The notes under the pieces were generated by a model. The model searched no databases, was not told where the DNA came from, and saw only the letters and a program-made list of their open reading frames with translations. From Girardia tigrina (lineage: Eukaryota), in assembly GCA_001938485.1 (NCBI GenBank), contig MQRK01181236.1, positions 16,478 to 80,477 of the forward strand: DNA of 64,000 nt, written 5' to 3'. Made by a program: the position numbers and the translations under genes. Of this stretch, positions 1 to 13,700 are shown one piece after another. The first letter of the stretch is position 1, and the number at the start of each line of letters is the position of its first letter.

Positions 1-53
<53 letters not shown>
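1..53. repeat. (TA)n microsatellite; resumes at 1982-2011
   Basis: Pure TA dinucleotide run, split by the 54-1981 element. Confidence 0.95.
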
Positions 54-58
<5 letters not shown>

Positions 59-1976
59 GGTGTGATATTATTGGTGTTGTATTTTATATTATTATTTTAA
101 TTTTATTAATGTCAATTTATTTGTATCATGATATGCCTTAGCATCTGAGTTTATTTTGACCCAACATATTATTTAGATATGTCTCTCCTCTAAGTGTCCC
201 TAACTCACACTTATTAGAGATCCATATCGTACCCTATCAACCCCATCTGGTCCTTTATCTCGCCAGTGAAGTTGATGAAGTACCTATTGGGTTCTACATT
301 ATATTTAAATATATTAAGTCTATGAAAGTTGGCTTATACTTATTTTATTTAATTAATGATTATTTTATTTTTTTCAACATGTTTTTTTATTTGATTACTA
401 TATTTCTTATTATAAGTTTATCATTTTCATATAAGAGATGAACAAATTATATGTTGACATTGTTTTATTAAAATATAACAAAAGAAAATGCTAATCAAAG
501 GCAATTCACCCATCGTCCCTAATCATCCAAATCTGATAGATTGACAAACTCTTCACCTTGACCAGTTGTGATAGATCGGAACTGTAGGCGGTCACGAATC
601 TCCTTCTGAATTTCAAGTTTTGACTTAAAGTCCAGCCATTCTTGTTGTTCTATAGTCTCTTGAAAATTATTTGTTGGAAAAAGTAGCGAAATTTGATGCG
701 AGGAATCAAAATCAGGAGACTCTCTTTGACTGGTGTCATTTCTGATTACCGTCTTTCCATATTGGACGTCAACCTCAATACGACTGGGTTTAAAAACAGC
801 TTGCAGCTCATTCTTGGCCTGTTGAAACATTTGAGCATTTCGCTTCCTCTGCTCCCGCCGTTTCTGGGATCTGCTGAGCACCCCAGAGGAAGATGATGCC
901 ATATCCTCTTTCACAATTGACCCATAAATGTTCGGGTTTGTCACCAGAGGCTTCTTTTCTGTATTTGATCCAATCTTGTTTGCTGTTTTTATAATTATTT
1001 CCGGTTGCTCTTCTGAAACCTTTTCGATCTGCTGAATTCTTATCTCGGTGACCTCGTTTTGCAAGGACTTTATTTTTTGTTGTCCTAGCAAATATTTGTC
1101 CACAACCGGTTTGTGAATTGATAGAGGAACGGAATTCTTTCTGTAGTCTTAAAATTCGGTTGTCCTCTTCGTAAATTCGTCATTCAGCTTGTCCCATTCG
1201 CCTTTCCATTTCTGCAACTCCAGCAGCAGTTCTCTTTGTTGTTCTTTGCTTTTATATTTTCTATCCATGCTGAATAAGGACGATGAGTGGATTAAAAAAA
1301 ATTAAAAAAAATAAAAAAATAGAAGAACAAAAGAATAATTGATGGAGGCTGAGAGAAACTAATTCTCTTCTAGAAATGAAACTTGGCAAGGACTTTCTCA
1401 AACTTCCAGATCGTCAATAGTCTCGGCAGGAACTATAAGCCCCTACCGTTATCTATCAACAGATCGGCAGCCTTGAGGTGCTCCCCAACCTCCATCAACT
1501 TCAAAAAAAGGAAATAAAATCCAAAAATTACCCAAGTTCAAAACCAAAATCCTTTTTCTCTAATAAAATTTATTCAAAAAAAAGTCTGATCAAGTGCACA
1601 AATTCGGATGAATTTATATCAATCTTTCGTCACAAAAACTCACAGAACCAGCAAGCAGACAATTCTCACAGTCAATCTTCAATCATCCTTCAATAAGTCA
1701 ACAGTCCTCAGATAGAAACAACCCGGAGATGGCCAAAATTCCGATCAAACCCACGTCAACAAATCAGGCCATCAAATTCTCACAAGAAAATATTCAAATC
1801 GACAGGATCCAAGGGTCAAAACCAATTAAAAGTTTCTATTTTTTAATTAATTAATTATAAATTATAATATTTTTTATTTTTTGTTTTTTAGATTTAGGGA
1901 TTTTTTCCATCACCTGCCTCGGTGCCGGTGCAATGAATAGGCCCGAGGCTGACGCGAAGGAAAAACTCACTAATCC

Positions 1977-1981
<5 letters not shown>
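54..1981. mobile_element. 1.93-kb TG...CA element (large solo-LTR-like) inserted in (TA)n
   Basis: Starts TGTTGGG (54) and ends CCCAACA (1981), a 7-bp inverted terminus, with (TA)n on both sides. Confidence 0.6.
519..1268 (-). pseudogene. About 250-codon charged/coiled-coil ORF of unknown function with one internal TAA
   Basis: ATG at 1268 (MDRKYKSKEQQRELLLELQKWKGEW...) is in frame with the 519-1103 ORF; a single TAA near 1150 interrupts it. Confidence 0.5.
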
Positions 1982-2012
<31 letters not shown>

Positions 2013-4148
2013 TGGTTTAAATTCTTATTATTTGTGATGTCGTGAAATGTGGAGTCAAATCAAATTTTAGAAACCCGAATTTTCTCCTAAAATTATTCAA
2101 ATAAATTTTGAAGTAGCTTCTAAAAGTGCCATAATAGAGAAATTTTCAGAGACAAATTAATGATAGCTACTTCCATTTTATACATTCGTTTTGGAGACAA
2201 ATATAGGACAAAAGATGAGAAATGCCATAAGTATAAAACAAAAATATAAAATGGACTTCACTAGACAAAAAGGGTGATTTTCTCTCACATACAATCAACT
2301 TGAAAGCTTGTGTAATGCTTTTTAAGGGTCAATAAAAAGTTGTAATTTCTTATTTAGAGATTTATTGATGCGTTAAAACAAGAAAAAAAACAATTAAATA
2401 ATATTCAATTTTTTCAAGATAGAGATGATAAAATATCCACCCATAAATAGAAGAATTACTGGAAAACAACGAAATCAAAATCGATACAATTAACAAGAGG
2501 TCTTCAACGCCACTGCCTAGAACATTGAAATAAATGTTTCTTAAATCTTCAGTTTTTTATTTTATTTTCATATTTTTAATTGTCACTATTTTATTAAGTC
2601 AATATTTTGATGAACGAGTATTTTGTTATACCTTTTGGTCGATATCCATTCTACCCATTCTTTTTAAATCTATTTTTGATATCTTCTATCCCATCATTAG
2701 CATTTTCATATAAAGAACATAAGTTTCAAGTTCTATGTATTATTCATTTTACTATATTTCTATTATAGGATATCTAAAGCTTATAGGACTTCTGAATAGA
2801 TTATCGAAACACGAGTGATATTTTTTGTCATTTTTGTTTTTATAAGAACGTTCAAAAAAGAAAAACTGTTTGATTTTTTAATTTTACAAGTTAATTTCAT
2901 ATTTGGATGTATATACGCAGGTACATATACACAGAGATTCTACAAAGAAATGGAAACACCTTGAAAAAAATACAAAACAGCAATTATAGACTCGATTCTG
3001 CGAGATATTGATTCATAAAAATTGTGTATTTTTTGAGCTCAGTCGTCTGTAAAAACACTCCCAGTTCTTTTGAAGACAATGGTAAGAGAAATAAACGTAT
3101 TACTTGAATCTCTTATATCGACCATAAATGCTCAATAATGCTGAGGTCTGATGATTGTGGTAGTCAAATACAATGGTCAATTTCATTATAATATTCATCG
3201 TACCATTTTTTTAATAATTTGAAAGATGAAGGTACCCCTCTAGAAAAACTTTGAACTATAAGATTAACTTGGTAGCCAAAAATTTCTAAATAGTCTTGCT
3301 ATTTATTTTTTATGGAGAGAAATCATTGGCCTTGGAGTTTTTCAAGAAAGAGTAATTCAGATAAAAAAGAATTTTTCTGATGACTCTATCCAAACTGTTA
3401 GGGATTTTTGGTGAACTTAAAATTTTTGAAAATTTTTAAATTGAAAATCATATTTATAGTTACGATAAGTTAAAATAAATTTACACAAGTTTTAGAAAAT
3501 CAATTTAAAAAAGGGAAAGTCTAATTAAAATGAATATGTTTAATTTAAGTTCAAAATCAAAATGGAAATAAATATTTTTACAGAAAATTAATGTACACGG
3601 AAAGCTATATTAAAATGTATTTTTATAATTAATATTTAGTAAAAAAACTAAAATGGAATAAATATTTTTTGAAAATTAATTTTACAACAGATAACAATAG
3701 AATACTTTCTATAAAATTAAATTTTAAAAAAATCAAAATAAAATAACTGTTTTATTGAAATTAATATTCTGAAATCTATTTTAAACAATATTTATAGATA
3801 ATGTTTTACTAATTAAAATTGATTAAATATTTTGATGACATTAATTTTACAATAAAGAATACTTTTTATAAAACGAAGTTTTAAAAAAAATCATAATGAA
3901 AATAAATGTTTTGTTGAAATTAATTTTATACTTGAATTTACATTAAAAAATAATTTATAATTGAATGATTTAAAAAATTAAAGTAGGAATAAAAATTATT
4001 TAGAAAATTAATTTCAACATTAGATTTTCCATTAAATTATTTTTAAAGATCTAAAATCCTATTTAAGTTTAATAAACATTGTAAAAAAAACAAAATATAA
4101 TTTATACAAAACTTAATAAAATAACATTTACGTATATGGATATTTATA

Positions 4149-4341
4149 CAGTACTCATTGAGTTATTTGAACGCTAAGTTATTTAAACTCTTATTTACCT
4201 GAAGAAAATAGTAAAATTTAAAAAATTTTTCAAATGATTTAATGGCATTTATAAATTATGACATAATTTTCATATTTGTGTAATTGAATTATTTGAACCT
4301 TTTACAAATCCCCAAGGATTCAAATAAATCAGCGGTTACTG
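4149..4341. mobile_element. MITE, pogo/Tc1-mariner type
   Basis: Imperfect TIRs CAGTACTCATTGAGTTATTTGAA / CAGTAACCGCTGATTTATTTGAA with TA on both sides. Confidence 0.75.
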
Positions 4342-5619
4342 TATTTAGTATTTTAAAATCTGGTTTATGTAAACTGAAAATATTGTTCCTCATAAATTTG
4401 TTTGTATAATGAAAATTGAAATAGAAAAAAAATTTAGTCATGAACCTTGATCTTAATCACGAACCCAATTCAAACATACACTCAGTTGAAGGTCAAAAAT
4501 AAGTGAAACGAGGATTCATCAGAGATAATCCTATTTTCCACTCCATTACAAACTAATTCATGGGGTTTTTACACAACTCTGAATGCTTTGAAACAAGTTT
4601 TAGAGAGCAGAGGTTTTCTAATTGCAGCATTTTCATAGAATCTAGATTTGTACTGCCTGCTCCGAAAACTGTTTTGTCGAAACAGTGTTCTGTAGGTGTT
4701 CACTAAACCCATCAATGACTTTAGGCATCATAGTCTCTCTCAAACAACTTTGAATTTTGATCATGTCAGTGTTTTGTTGAGGATGATTATAATTGTCTGG
4801 GATTAATTTTGAGATATTAACTCTTGATAAATTTTGTTACACTAGTGACTGCCATACTAGCACTAAGAATATTGCCTCTTTGAAAGTCCAAAACGTATGT
4901 CAGCTTTTCACGATATTTTTAATACTTTTTCATCTTCACTCAACGCAATTTATAGTATAATGCATAAATTTGAAACTGTAGGTATAGTGTATAATGCTCC
5001 AAATCTGAATTTCCAAATACTTCCATAACTGAAGAAAATGAAATGTTGGTTGCTATGATATTTGAGAACCATCAAAGAAGACCACACAACGTGCTTCGCA
5101 AAACCTTTGAACACAAAATCAACTTTATGATGCCTAATAAATAATTAGAAAGTAAAATATCCCTCTCAACTAGTTCATCATCTTTTAGTGGACAATCCAG
5201 AGCAGCGTCTAAAATTCTGCCAATCGATTTGGGATCATATTTCTAATGTAAATAAAATAGTCTGGACTGATGAGGCTTGTTTGCAATTGTCGGAAAATAT
5301 GAACATACATAACTGGGTATACTGAAGTTATGAAAATCCATAATTGATTACTGAGTCCTAACTGAATCAACCTGGTGTTACAACGATGGATGTATCTAAA
5401 CAATTCCCGGACATTAACCCACACGGAAATTTTCCCACAGGACAATTACCCACAGTTGATTTTTATGCCGAATTTGTATAATTTTTGAATTCACGAAATT
5501 GGTAAAAAGAATCCAAGGTTTCTAATCTTGGTGAGGGATGTTGTGAAGCCGGTTCACCGGTGGAGCTTAGGTATGTCAATCTCCACATTGGGGGAGTGCC
5601 TTTTGAAGTCATATGGTTC

Positions 5620-6117
5620 TCAGAACCTCCTAAAAAGCCTCAGGCTTAATATCTTTACAGGATGAGAGGATCACATCGGAGAGACAAATCGTCGTCTCAA
5701 AACCCTGATTAGTGAGCATTCGCAAATGAGTCGATCGAGTAAGGTTTTTGATCATTGGTTGTGTTGTAAGGATAAAACCTTATCCATTTCAAAAGATGAA
5801 TTTTCTGTTCTACAAAAGGGATTCTATTCACATTACGAACTACGGTTTTTGAATCTCTACTAATAAGACACTACAACCCATCAATTAAAATTCAGAATGG
5901 GCAAAGTAAGGTTATTTCAATACTTAAAACTTTTAATTAAGATATTTCTACCATTATTACCCAATAATACTTTAATAAATTATAATATTTATTTAAAATT
6001 TTTCTATTTAAGGTAATACACCTTTTAAAACTGTACTATTAAAACAATTTAATATTCATATACTAAATTTCCCAATATTGCTGAAGATGATGTATGTAAA
6101 CATCGACACATGTCCAA
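5620..6117 (+). mobile_element. Penelope-like element 3' fragment: degenerate GIY-YIG endonuclease plus tail
   Basis: HIGETNRRLKTLISEH...EFSVLQK...ESLLIRHYNPSIKIQ, followed by a hammerhead motif. Confidence 0.75.
6078..6117 (+). ncRNA. Minimal hammerhead ribozyme motif, family 2 (core GAAA mutated to GACA)
   Basis: TTG CTGAAGA T GATG-loop-CATC GACA CATGTC CAA; stem I TTG/CAA; palindromic ACATGT stem III. Confidence 0.6.
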
Positions 6118-7039
6118 AAAATAGATAAANNNNNNNNNNNNNNNNNNNNNNNNNNNNNNNNNNNNNNNNNNNNNNNNNNNNNNNNNNNNNNNNNNNNNNN
6201 NNNNNNNNNNNNNNNNNNNNNNNNNNNNNNNNNNNNNNNNNNNNNNNNNNNNNNNNNNNNNTAGAAAGTAAGCTAATAAAAAGAATGGAAAGAAACATCA
6301 AGGCGTTTTTATGACGGACAAATGGTATGCTGAATGCACAAAAATAATAAAACATAATGGAACGAAAAATTAGATAATTGACCCAACATTTCGGTAATTT
6401 GGGAAAATTACATAAATGAATTAAATAAAATACATACTTTAAAAAAAAATAAATAAAATAAAAAATTAAAAGTAAAATAAAATTAATAACTTTAATAATA
6501 AAATAAAGTAAAGCAAAAATCAAATAATTTCATATAATTAAAACTCTTAAATAAATATATAAATTAATTAAAAAGAACTTTAAAAGAAAATTAAATTAAA
6601 ATTGTTTAAATACATCAAAAAAATTAATAAGTTAGACGTGATTGTTTGGCACCGTTTAAAAGTCGAGTTCAATTGTGTTTAGTTACAGTTTTCTGTAAAA
6701 AATAGGGAAAGAGTTGTGTCATTTTGCGGTGTTTAATAATATTGTTACTGGATAGATTCGTTGGGTTTTGATAATTTGAATAAAACTGCTCTTCAACTTT
6801 TCTATCGATATTTTGAATTTAACTTTTTCAATTCGATTTTGAAAACCAAATCGGACGAGAGTATTACGGAAGCTGGGATAACCAATCGATATTTCGATAG
6901 ATTTTTTGGGGCTACTTATAAAATCGCACGGGTAAACAGAAAGAATCTAAATGAAAAAGACACGGTCTCCGAAACACATAAGACACAAGAGGACAGTCGA
7001 TAAATCTAACACCCCACATGTAACCGATTATTCTGGAAG

Positions 7040-7465
7040 AGAAAATTGATGAGACTAAAGAACTTGTGGGAAAACAATATTATATACAAGTACATTTCTC
7101 CTTGGAATACACCGATGGTATGTGTATGGAAAAATGAAAAAAAATGATGTAAGACTTTGCCTAGATTTTAAGCAGTTGAATCTAATCACAGAGATGCAAG
7201 CGTTCCCAATGCCAAGTCATTAGAACATAATTACAAAATCCTAGACAGAGCACTATATTGAATCGAAAGGCAGGCTTGAGAATCAGGAAATGCCATATTT
7301 TGAAAACAGAGGTCAAATTTTTGGGACATAATTAACGAGAAGGGTATTCAAGCAGACCCATCAAAACAAGAAGCAATAAAGTCATTCAAAAAACCAAAAT
7401 GTGTAATGAATCCAAGAAGCTTCTTAGGTTTTTGTAATTATTACAGAAGATTCATAAACGATTCA
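7040..7465 (+). mobile_element. Degenerate Ty3/gypsy RT fragment with internal deletion
   Basis: SPWNTPMVCVWK, RLCLDFKQLN, AFPMP, KFLGH, RSFLGFCNYYRRFI; the YxDD core is missing. Confidence 0.75.
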
Positions 7466-7695
7466 TAATCATGTGACATAGACGCTACATACACTTATAA
7501 AAGAAAAATGTTTAAGTGTAAACTATAACCCAACAAAATAAATTGAAAATTTTTAAAAGGAATTGTATTGGTAAGTTTATTAAAAACTTCTGATTATTAA
7601 CTACGTGAAAAAAATTCATTGAATAATAAATACATTTTGAACAAGTTTATGCGAAAAAAATTCAATATTAAGTATTTCAATAATAATATTCTCAC

Positions 7696-7796
7696 AATAA
7701 CGACCAAAGGAGTGATAACAGTCCAACATGCAATCCAATATATATTTGGCTTAAATTTCAGCATCATATTTATATCGTTTACAAAATTTTTTATAC
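7696..7796 (-). CDS. SLC6 exon 11 (TM11)
   Basis: ag|[34 protein letters not shown]|gt. Confidence 0.88.
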
Positions 7797-10700
7797 CTAA
7801 GAAATAAGACATTAATATAACACAAAGAAATATAATTAATTTTTTAATTAATTATTTTAAATTAAACTTTTTTCCACAATATTATATTATAGTATGCACA
7901 ATATATAATATAATATTATATTATATTATATTATATATAGTATGCACAAAAACCTTTGATTGTTTTTACAATTCTTAATAAAATATAACATTTTAGCATA
8001 AAAGCTTCGTTTAAAAAAACTTTTTTGAAGAAAATTTTCAAATTTTAAATCATTTTGGTCAGAATTGTGTTTGTTTCAGGCAACCTTTTAGTCGAAGTTT
8101 TTTGTGTATAAAATAAACAACCTTTTAGTCGAAGTTTTTTGTGTATAAAATGAACTTACTCGTTTATTTCTGTATCTTAGATATCAGTATAAAATAATTA
8201 ATTAATAATTGTTAACATCGGTATTAAGAACATTTAAACAAGTCTCGTTTGAATCTTTATTGCAATTACATTAAGAGCCATTACAACTCTCAGAAGGTCT
8301 TTCATCGTTTGTCATCGTTCTAATTGGTTTTATTATTTCTGTTTTTAATCATGATTATTCGAACAATTTTTCTAAAGTATGTTTTAAAATATTTAACCTC
8401 TAAAAAATATTAATTAAAAATAATAATTTTTACCATTTTTCAATAAATCCCAAAATAATAAAAATGACATCAAATTATTAAAAATGCATTTAATTTAAAT
8501 TTTACTAAAAATTATTAAACTTAATTTTAATTCCGAAATTAAAAATATGAACTTATAAAATGATTATTTTAATTATGTTCGAATAGTCAGTCCCTTTAAA
8601 CTTAATTAAAAAATACCAATTTCCATCTGGGTGAGAGAATCACCATTCTAAATTCAACATACTTAAATCAACATACCGCATCAATACATTTACACATTCA
8701 AACAATTGAAAATATTCCTCACATCCTCCTCGGTTTAAATGGCTTTAGCCATTCTACATTTCTGATCAAGATCCTGCCGTCCTCTAGTTGTATCTCATAA
8801 CTTCCTTCGTGTCTTTGCTTTATAATTTTAGCTGGTCCCATATAACGGTCATCATCTTTTGATGGGTTAACTTTCTTTATCAAGACTTTATCTCCGACCT
8901 GAAATATTCGTTTTGTTTCAATTATATTTTTATTTGCTTTTTCTTGATTTTTTCCTTCTGTTGTAGTTTTCCCCAAATGTCTTAGTTTTCTTCCGAAGAT
9001 TATCTCGGCTGAAGATATTCCAGTTGTTGCTTGAATTGTACCCTTTAACATGAATTATATTTCTGCCAACATTTCTACCCAATCTCTGTGCATTTCATTC
9101 TTTAATCGTATATTTATGGCGTCTCTTATTGTTCTGAATTGTCTTTCTATGATCCCGTTAGTGTTATAGTGATAAGGACTTGAATAGACTATCTCCGTCT
9201 TAAATCTTTTCGTCGTTTCTTTAAAGAGTGCTGATTCAAAAGTTTTCTCTCTATCAACGTGTGGTCCGATAGACTTTGGTGGTCCGAATTTCTAAATCCA
9301 TTTATCCAATAGTACCTTCCGTGTAGTCTTCTCGTCTTGGTGTACCACTGCAGTCAAGCTGATGTACCTACTAAATTGATCGATTATTGCTAAAATGTAT
9401 TGGTATCCATTCATAGTCCGTCTGAATGTTCCGCAAAAGTTCATGTAAATTTTCTGAAATGGTTCGTCGGCAGATTGTTTAATGTGTTTCTCTTTCGTTT
9501 TTGCCATCAGTGTCTTCCTTTTCTGGCAGTTTGTGTAACTTTGTACGATGTTCTTTATTTGTTGTCTCATTTCATACATATCGAAGTCATTTTTTATTTA
9601 ATTGTAAACTTTCTTACTTCCTGCGTGGCATAACATTTTATGTACATCTTCTATAAAGTCTGTTCTCTTCTTCAGATGGATCCAATATTTGTTATCTCTT
9701 GTCGTCACGATATTGTTTTTTAGAAGACATTCTTTTGTCTTTCCCATTCTAATATTTTCTTTAATCTGTTCTTTCTTTATCTTTCGTCTGCCAAATGAAC
9801 TCTTCTGAATCTTCAGTTAAGGCAAGGATTCTAGTTTTAACTTTTCCTTTTTTAGCGTCATCGAGCATTGTCTGACATTGCACACATAGTTCACATGTAT
9901 TTCTCGACATTGCGTCTGCATTAGTGTGTTTTTCACCCTTGCGGTATTCCATCCTCATGTCTAGTCCACTAAGGAAGTTTATCCAAGTTTAGAATTGTGG
10001 AGTTATTGGGTTCTTCGTTGTCATCATGAATGTGATGGCCTTATGGTCTGTTCTAAGTAGAAACTTCTTTCCGTATAAGAAATGTTTGAAGTGTTGGGTA
10101 AAGTAATAGATTGCCAATAATTCTGTTCTTGTAATACAGTATCCCAGTTCGTGTTTGTTCATCTTGTGGGATCCATATGCAATTACTCTTTCCCTTCCGT
10201 ATGCATCCTTCTTTGCCAGTACTTCCCCGATTGTATCAAAACTGGCGTATGTATCCAGTATAAACTCCTTTTCGAAATCTGGATATGCTAGGTTCGGTGT
10301 TTTTGTCATTTTATTTTTTAATGTCTGAAATGCTTCGTCACATTCCTTTGTCCATGTCAATTTTTTATCTTTATTTTTTCCACATAGCCCTTCCAGTATT
10401 TTTGAATATTTTGCATAATCCTTGAAAAAATTTCTATAATAGTTCGTTATCTCCAAGAAACTTCTTAATGTTTAATGCATGAATGATTTTATAATTTGTC
10501 GATTGCTTCAATTTTCGTTTTATCCGTCTCTATACCATCTTTGCTCACAACATATCCTAAAAATTTTGTCTTTTCTACCATGAATTGACACTTTTCAGAG
10601 TTTATACGCAGGCACGATTCTTTAATCTTTTGAAATATGTGTTCGACTCGTCTGAAATGTTCTTCTTTGTCTTCGCGAAGATTAGAATATCGTCTAGGTA

Positions 10701-13700
10701 TACAACTGCTTCTTTCCAGTTTAATTCTCCTAACACTTTTATCATTAGTTCTTGAAATGTCGCTGGGGCAGCCGCAATTCCGAATGACATTCTTTTAAAA
10801 CAATATTGGTCGTTCTTTGTCGAAAATGCAGTTTTTAATTTTGAATCGTTCTCCAATTCAACTTGATGATATGCACTCCCTAAGTCGATCGTGCTGACGT
10901 ATTTCGCTCCATTTAATGTATTTAGCATTTCTTCTACATTTGGCATTGGAAATGCTGGTCTGATTGTGACTTTATTTAATTGTCGAAAATCAACACATAC
11001 TCAGATATCCTGTTTGTCTTTTTTCCATAGGCATACTAGCGGAAAATTCCACGGCGAACTGCATTTTTCAATGATATCATTTTCCTCGTAATTCTTGATA
11101 ATATCATCTAGTTTTTCCTCAAAGTGTTTTGGTTGTCGGTATGGTTTTACCAATATTGGTTCTCCTTGCGTTTCAATTTTATGCTTAGTTAGTGTGGTTT
11201 TCCCTATATCCCATTTGCCCGCCATTATTATTATTAATCTATTAGTATTTTCATTAAGGGTTCATCTATCTTATCTGCGTATATTTCCCGTATATTTCTC
11301 CGTATATATATTTTTTTTAAAATTAATTAAATATATTTTTTTAATTATAATTGCTTAAAATACTTTTGATTTTACATATTTCTTTATTTTAGAAATTCTT
11401 TATAAAAATTAATTGTTTCAAAAATTTTAAGAGTGAACCTGTCCTTCACATTTTTATTGACTGAGTTTATCTTTTCATCTTTAACAGTAGTAATAATCTT
11501 TAATATCTGGATTATCTTTAACCAATACTTGCAAATATTATTTATAATTTATTATTTATGATTATGATTACCATATAAGTATGATACAACCGTAACTTCC
11601 ATGAAAGAGACTATAATTAAGGAAAATGTTCCACAATATTGGTCCATTAAATTGAAAAGATATATTCCACCCTTAAAATCAGTAATTTAATATAACAACA
11701 AAACATTTTTACTGTAGTCACACATGGAATGCCCAATAAAAATAATATAATTTGAACTGTCACTTTAAATGATACATCAACAAAATAAGTCTTCTTTAAT
11801 ATTGGAAATTCATCTTGAAGACCAGTAAATACTGCTTCAAGTCCACCAAACTGCGAATCGATTCCTAGAGTGAATAGCATTATAAAAAATAAAATTGACC
11901 ATAACGGTGCCCAATTCATTTTTGATATGCCTTGAGCGTATGCAACAAAGGCTAAACCAGTTCCACTGGTTGTCGTATCTTCGATACTTCTTCCTGTTTG
12001 ATGTGAAATATGACCAACCACAGAAAATATTCCAAAACCAGCAACGAAACTAGTTCCGCAATTAATAATCGACACTAAAACTGCATCTCTATGAATAAAA
12101 TATTTGTTAATATATTCATTATTGAAGAAAATATATATTTTTTAATGAAATCATCTTTTAAATCGTATAGAAGTGGAGAGAACTGCAAATTTTTGTTGTA
12201 AATTTTTAAGAAATACAGTTGAACCTGTCTAATCCGTCCCTCTTTAATCCGGCAGGTTCGAAAATTTCCATTTTTTAATCACGCTATTTGTTCTGACTCT
12301 CTATTCCGGCAAACCGTATATTCCGCAATATTTTGAAATCCCCTGCCATGCCGGAATAGCCAGATTCTACTGCATACATATCAACCAGTGTCGGGTGGTT
12401 GTTTTTGACGTTGGGGTAGCAATAATCCGGCACACAACGTATGATAACACAAAGATATAATAATGTTTTGAATTTTTATTGCACGTATACATAAGTATTT
12501 AATTAAAATTCATTATTACGGCTTAAAATCAGATGTAAGCATATTTTAAATTTCCTCTAGGCTTACTTAAGAACAGGACAGAGATGCAAAACTTTGTACA
12601 ATGTATGTTGAAAGCCAGAATGAACTGAAGAATTGCACAACTCGATGATGTTTTCAGCGCTTCAAAAAGGTAATAATAGTTTTGAATGTAATAACGCTAA
12701 AAGCAGCCATTGGTAATAAATCAGTATGAGCTGCATTCTTGAAGCGTCAGTTTAAGCACCCGCAGAATGTCAAATGTACTTTTGCTCGTTGTCTGCATAA
12801 ACTTAGTTTTGTGTCCAGAAACACTTTTTAAGTTCCCACAATTGATCTAAAAATAAAGTTCAGTTTCGAATAAACATTTGACAAAAACTCCTCCTAAACT
12901 ATCAAGAGCAAATTAAAGTAGTTAATCAAAAGTAGGTCTTATTTCACATTTTATGAGGTGGGACGCAGTGGTTACAACCTTGTCAGTAAACTCAACATGT
13001 AATCTCATATGTTGTACAAGTGGTGAAATTTCAATAGCTTTGTACCTTTAGAGCATTTTTGGATGGTCATTTTAAAAGCCTTAACCTCTACACCAAAAAG
13101 CTGAAGAGCATATTTGGTGTTTTGAGAATTATGTATCCCGCCTTATAGAATCGCTCAATAGAACTTCTTCAACATAACAACACTCTAACTCATATATAAT
13201 GAAAGGTAGAGCAAAATACACAGGAGTTGTCAAGCCTGTCACATCCTTGCTCCTTCTGATTTATACATGTCCCGCTAGTGGTCCCTTTTCCATGTTGGTA
13301 CAACTTTACATATTAGGAAGATTTGTTGCCTGTCATCGCTGATTTCGTTATCTCAACGTTGCCTGTATTACCTTCAAGAATTGAATAAATGGCTCGAAGG
13401 AGGTTTCAACTGATAACGAATGATAAATGACCACTTTTGTTTAAAAGTTATTAGCAATTGAAATTATTGACTAAAAAAATGCTCTTTCCTTCTGGAAAAA
13501 CTTAATATATAAAGAGAAATTAGAAGTGTTTTTAATCATTTTATGCTATGTATATGTAAACCGCGCATCCTCACAAGAAGTTGTTCAATAAATATTTCTT
13601 CATTACGTTTTTTCAAGCTTTTTAAACAATTCTTTTAAAGTTAAAAGACTTTTCTATAATCATCATTTAAAATGACTACAGATTATGAGGAATAAATATT

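Noticed and set aside
2786-2820. CTGAATAGATTATCGAAAC as a seventh hammerhead
   Set aside because: The core does not match CUGANGA and there is no credible stem I or II
4430-5400. Possible transposase relic or missing SLC6 exon
   Set aside because: No diagnostic motif could be read and no TM12-like exon with splice sites was found
6056-6523. Hydrophobic ORF as SLC6 TM12
   Set aside because: It spans an N-gap, is hydrophobic because of AT richness, and its 3' part is the antisense of the hammerhead tail
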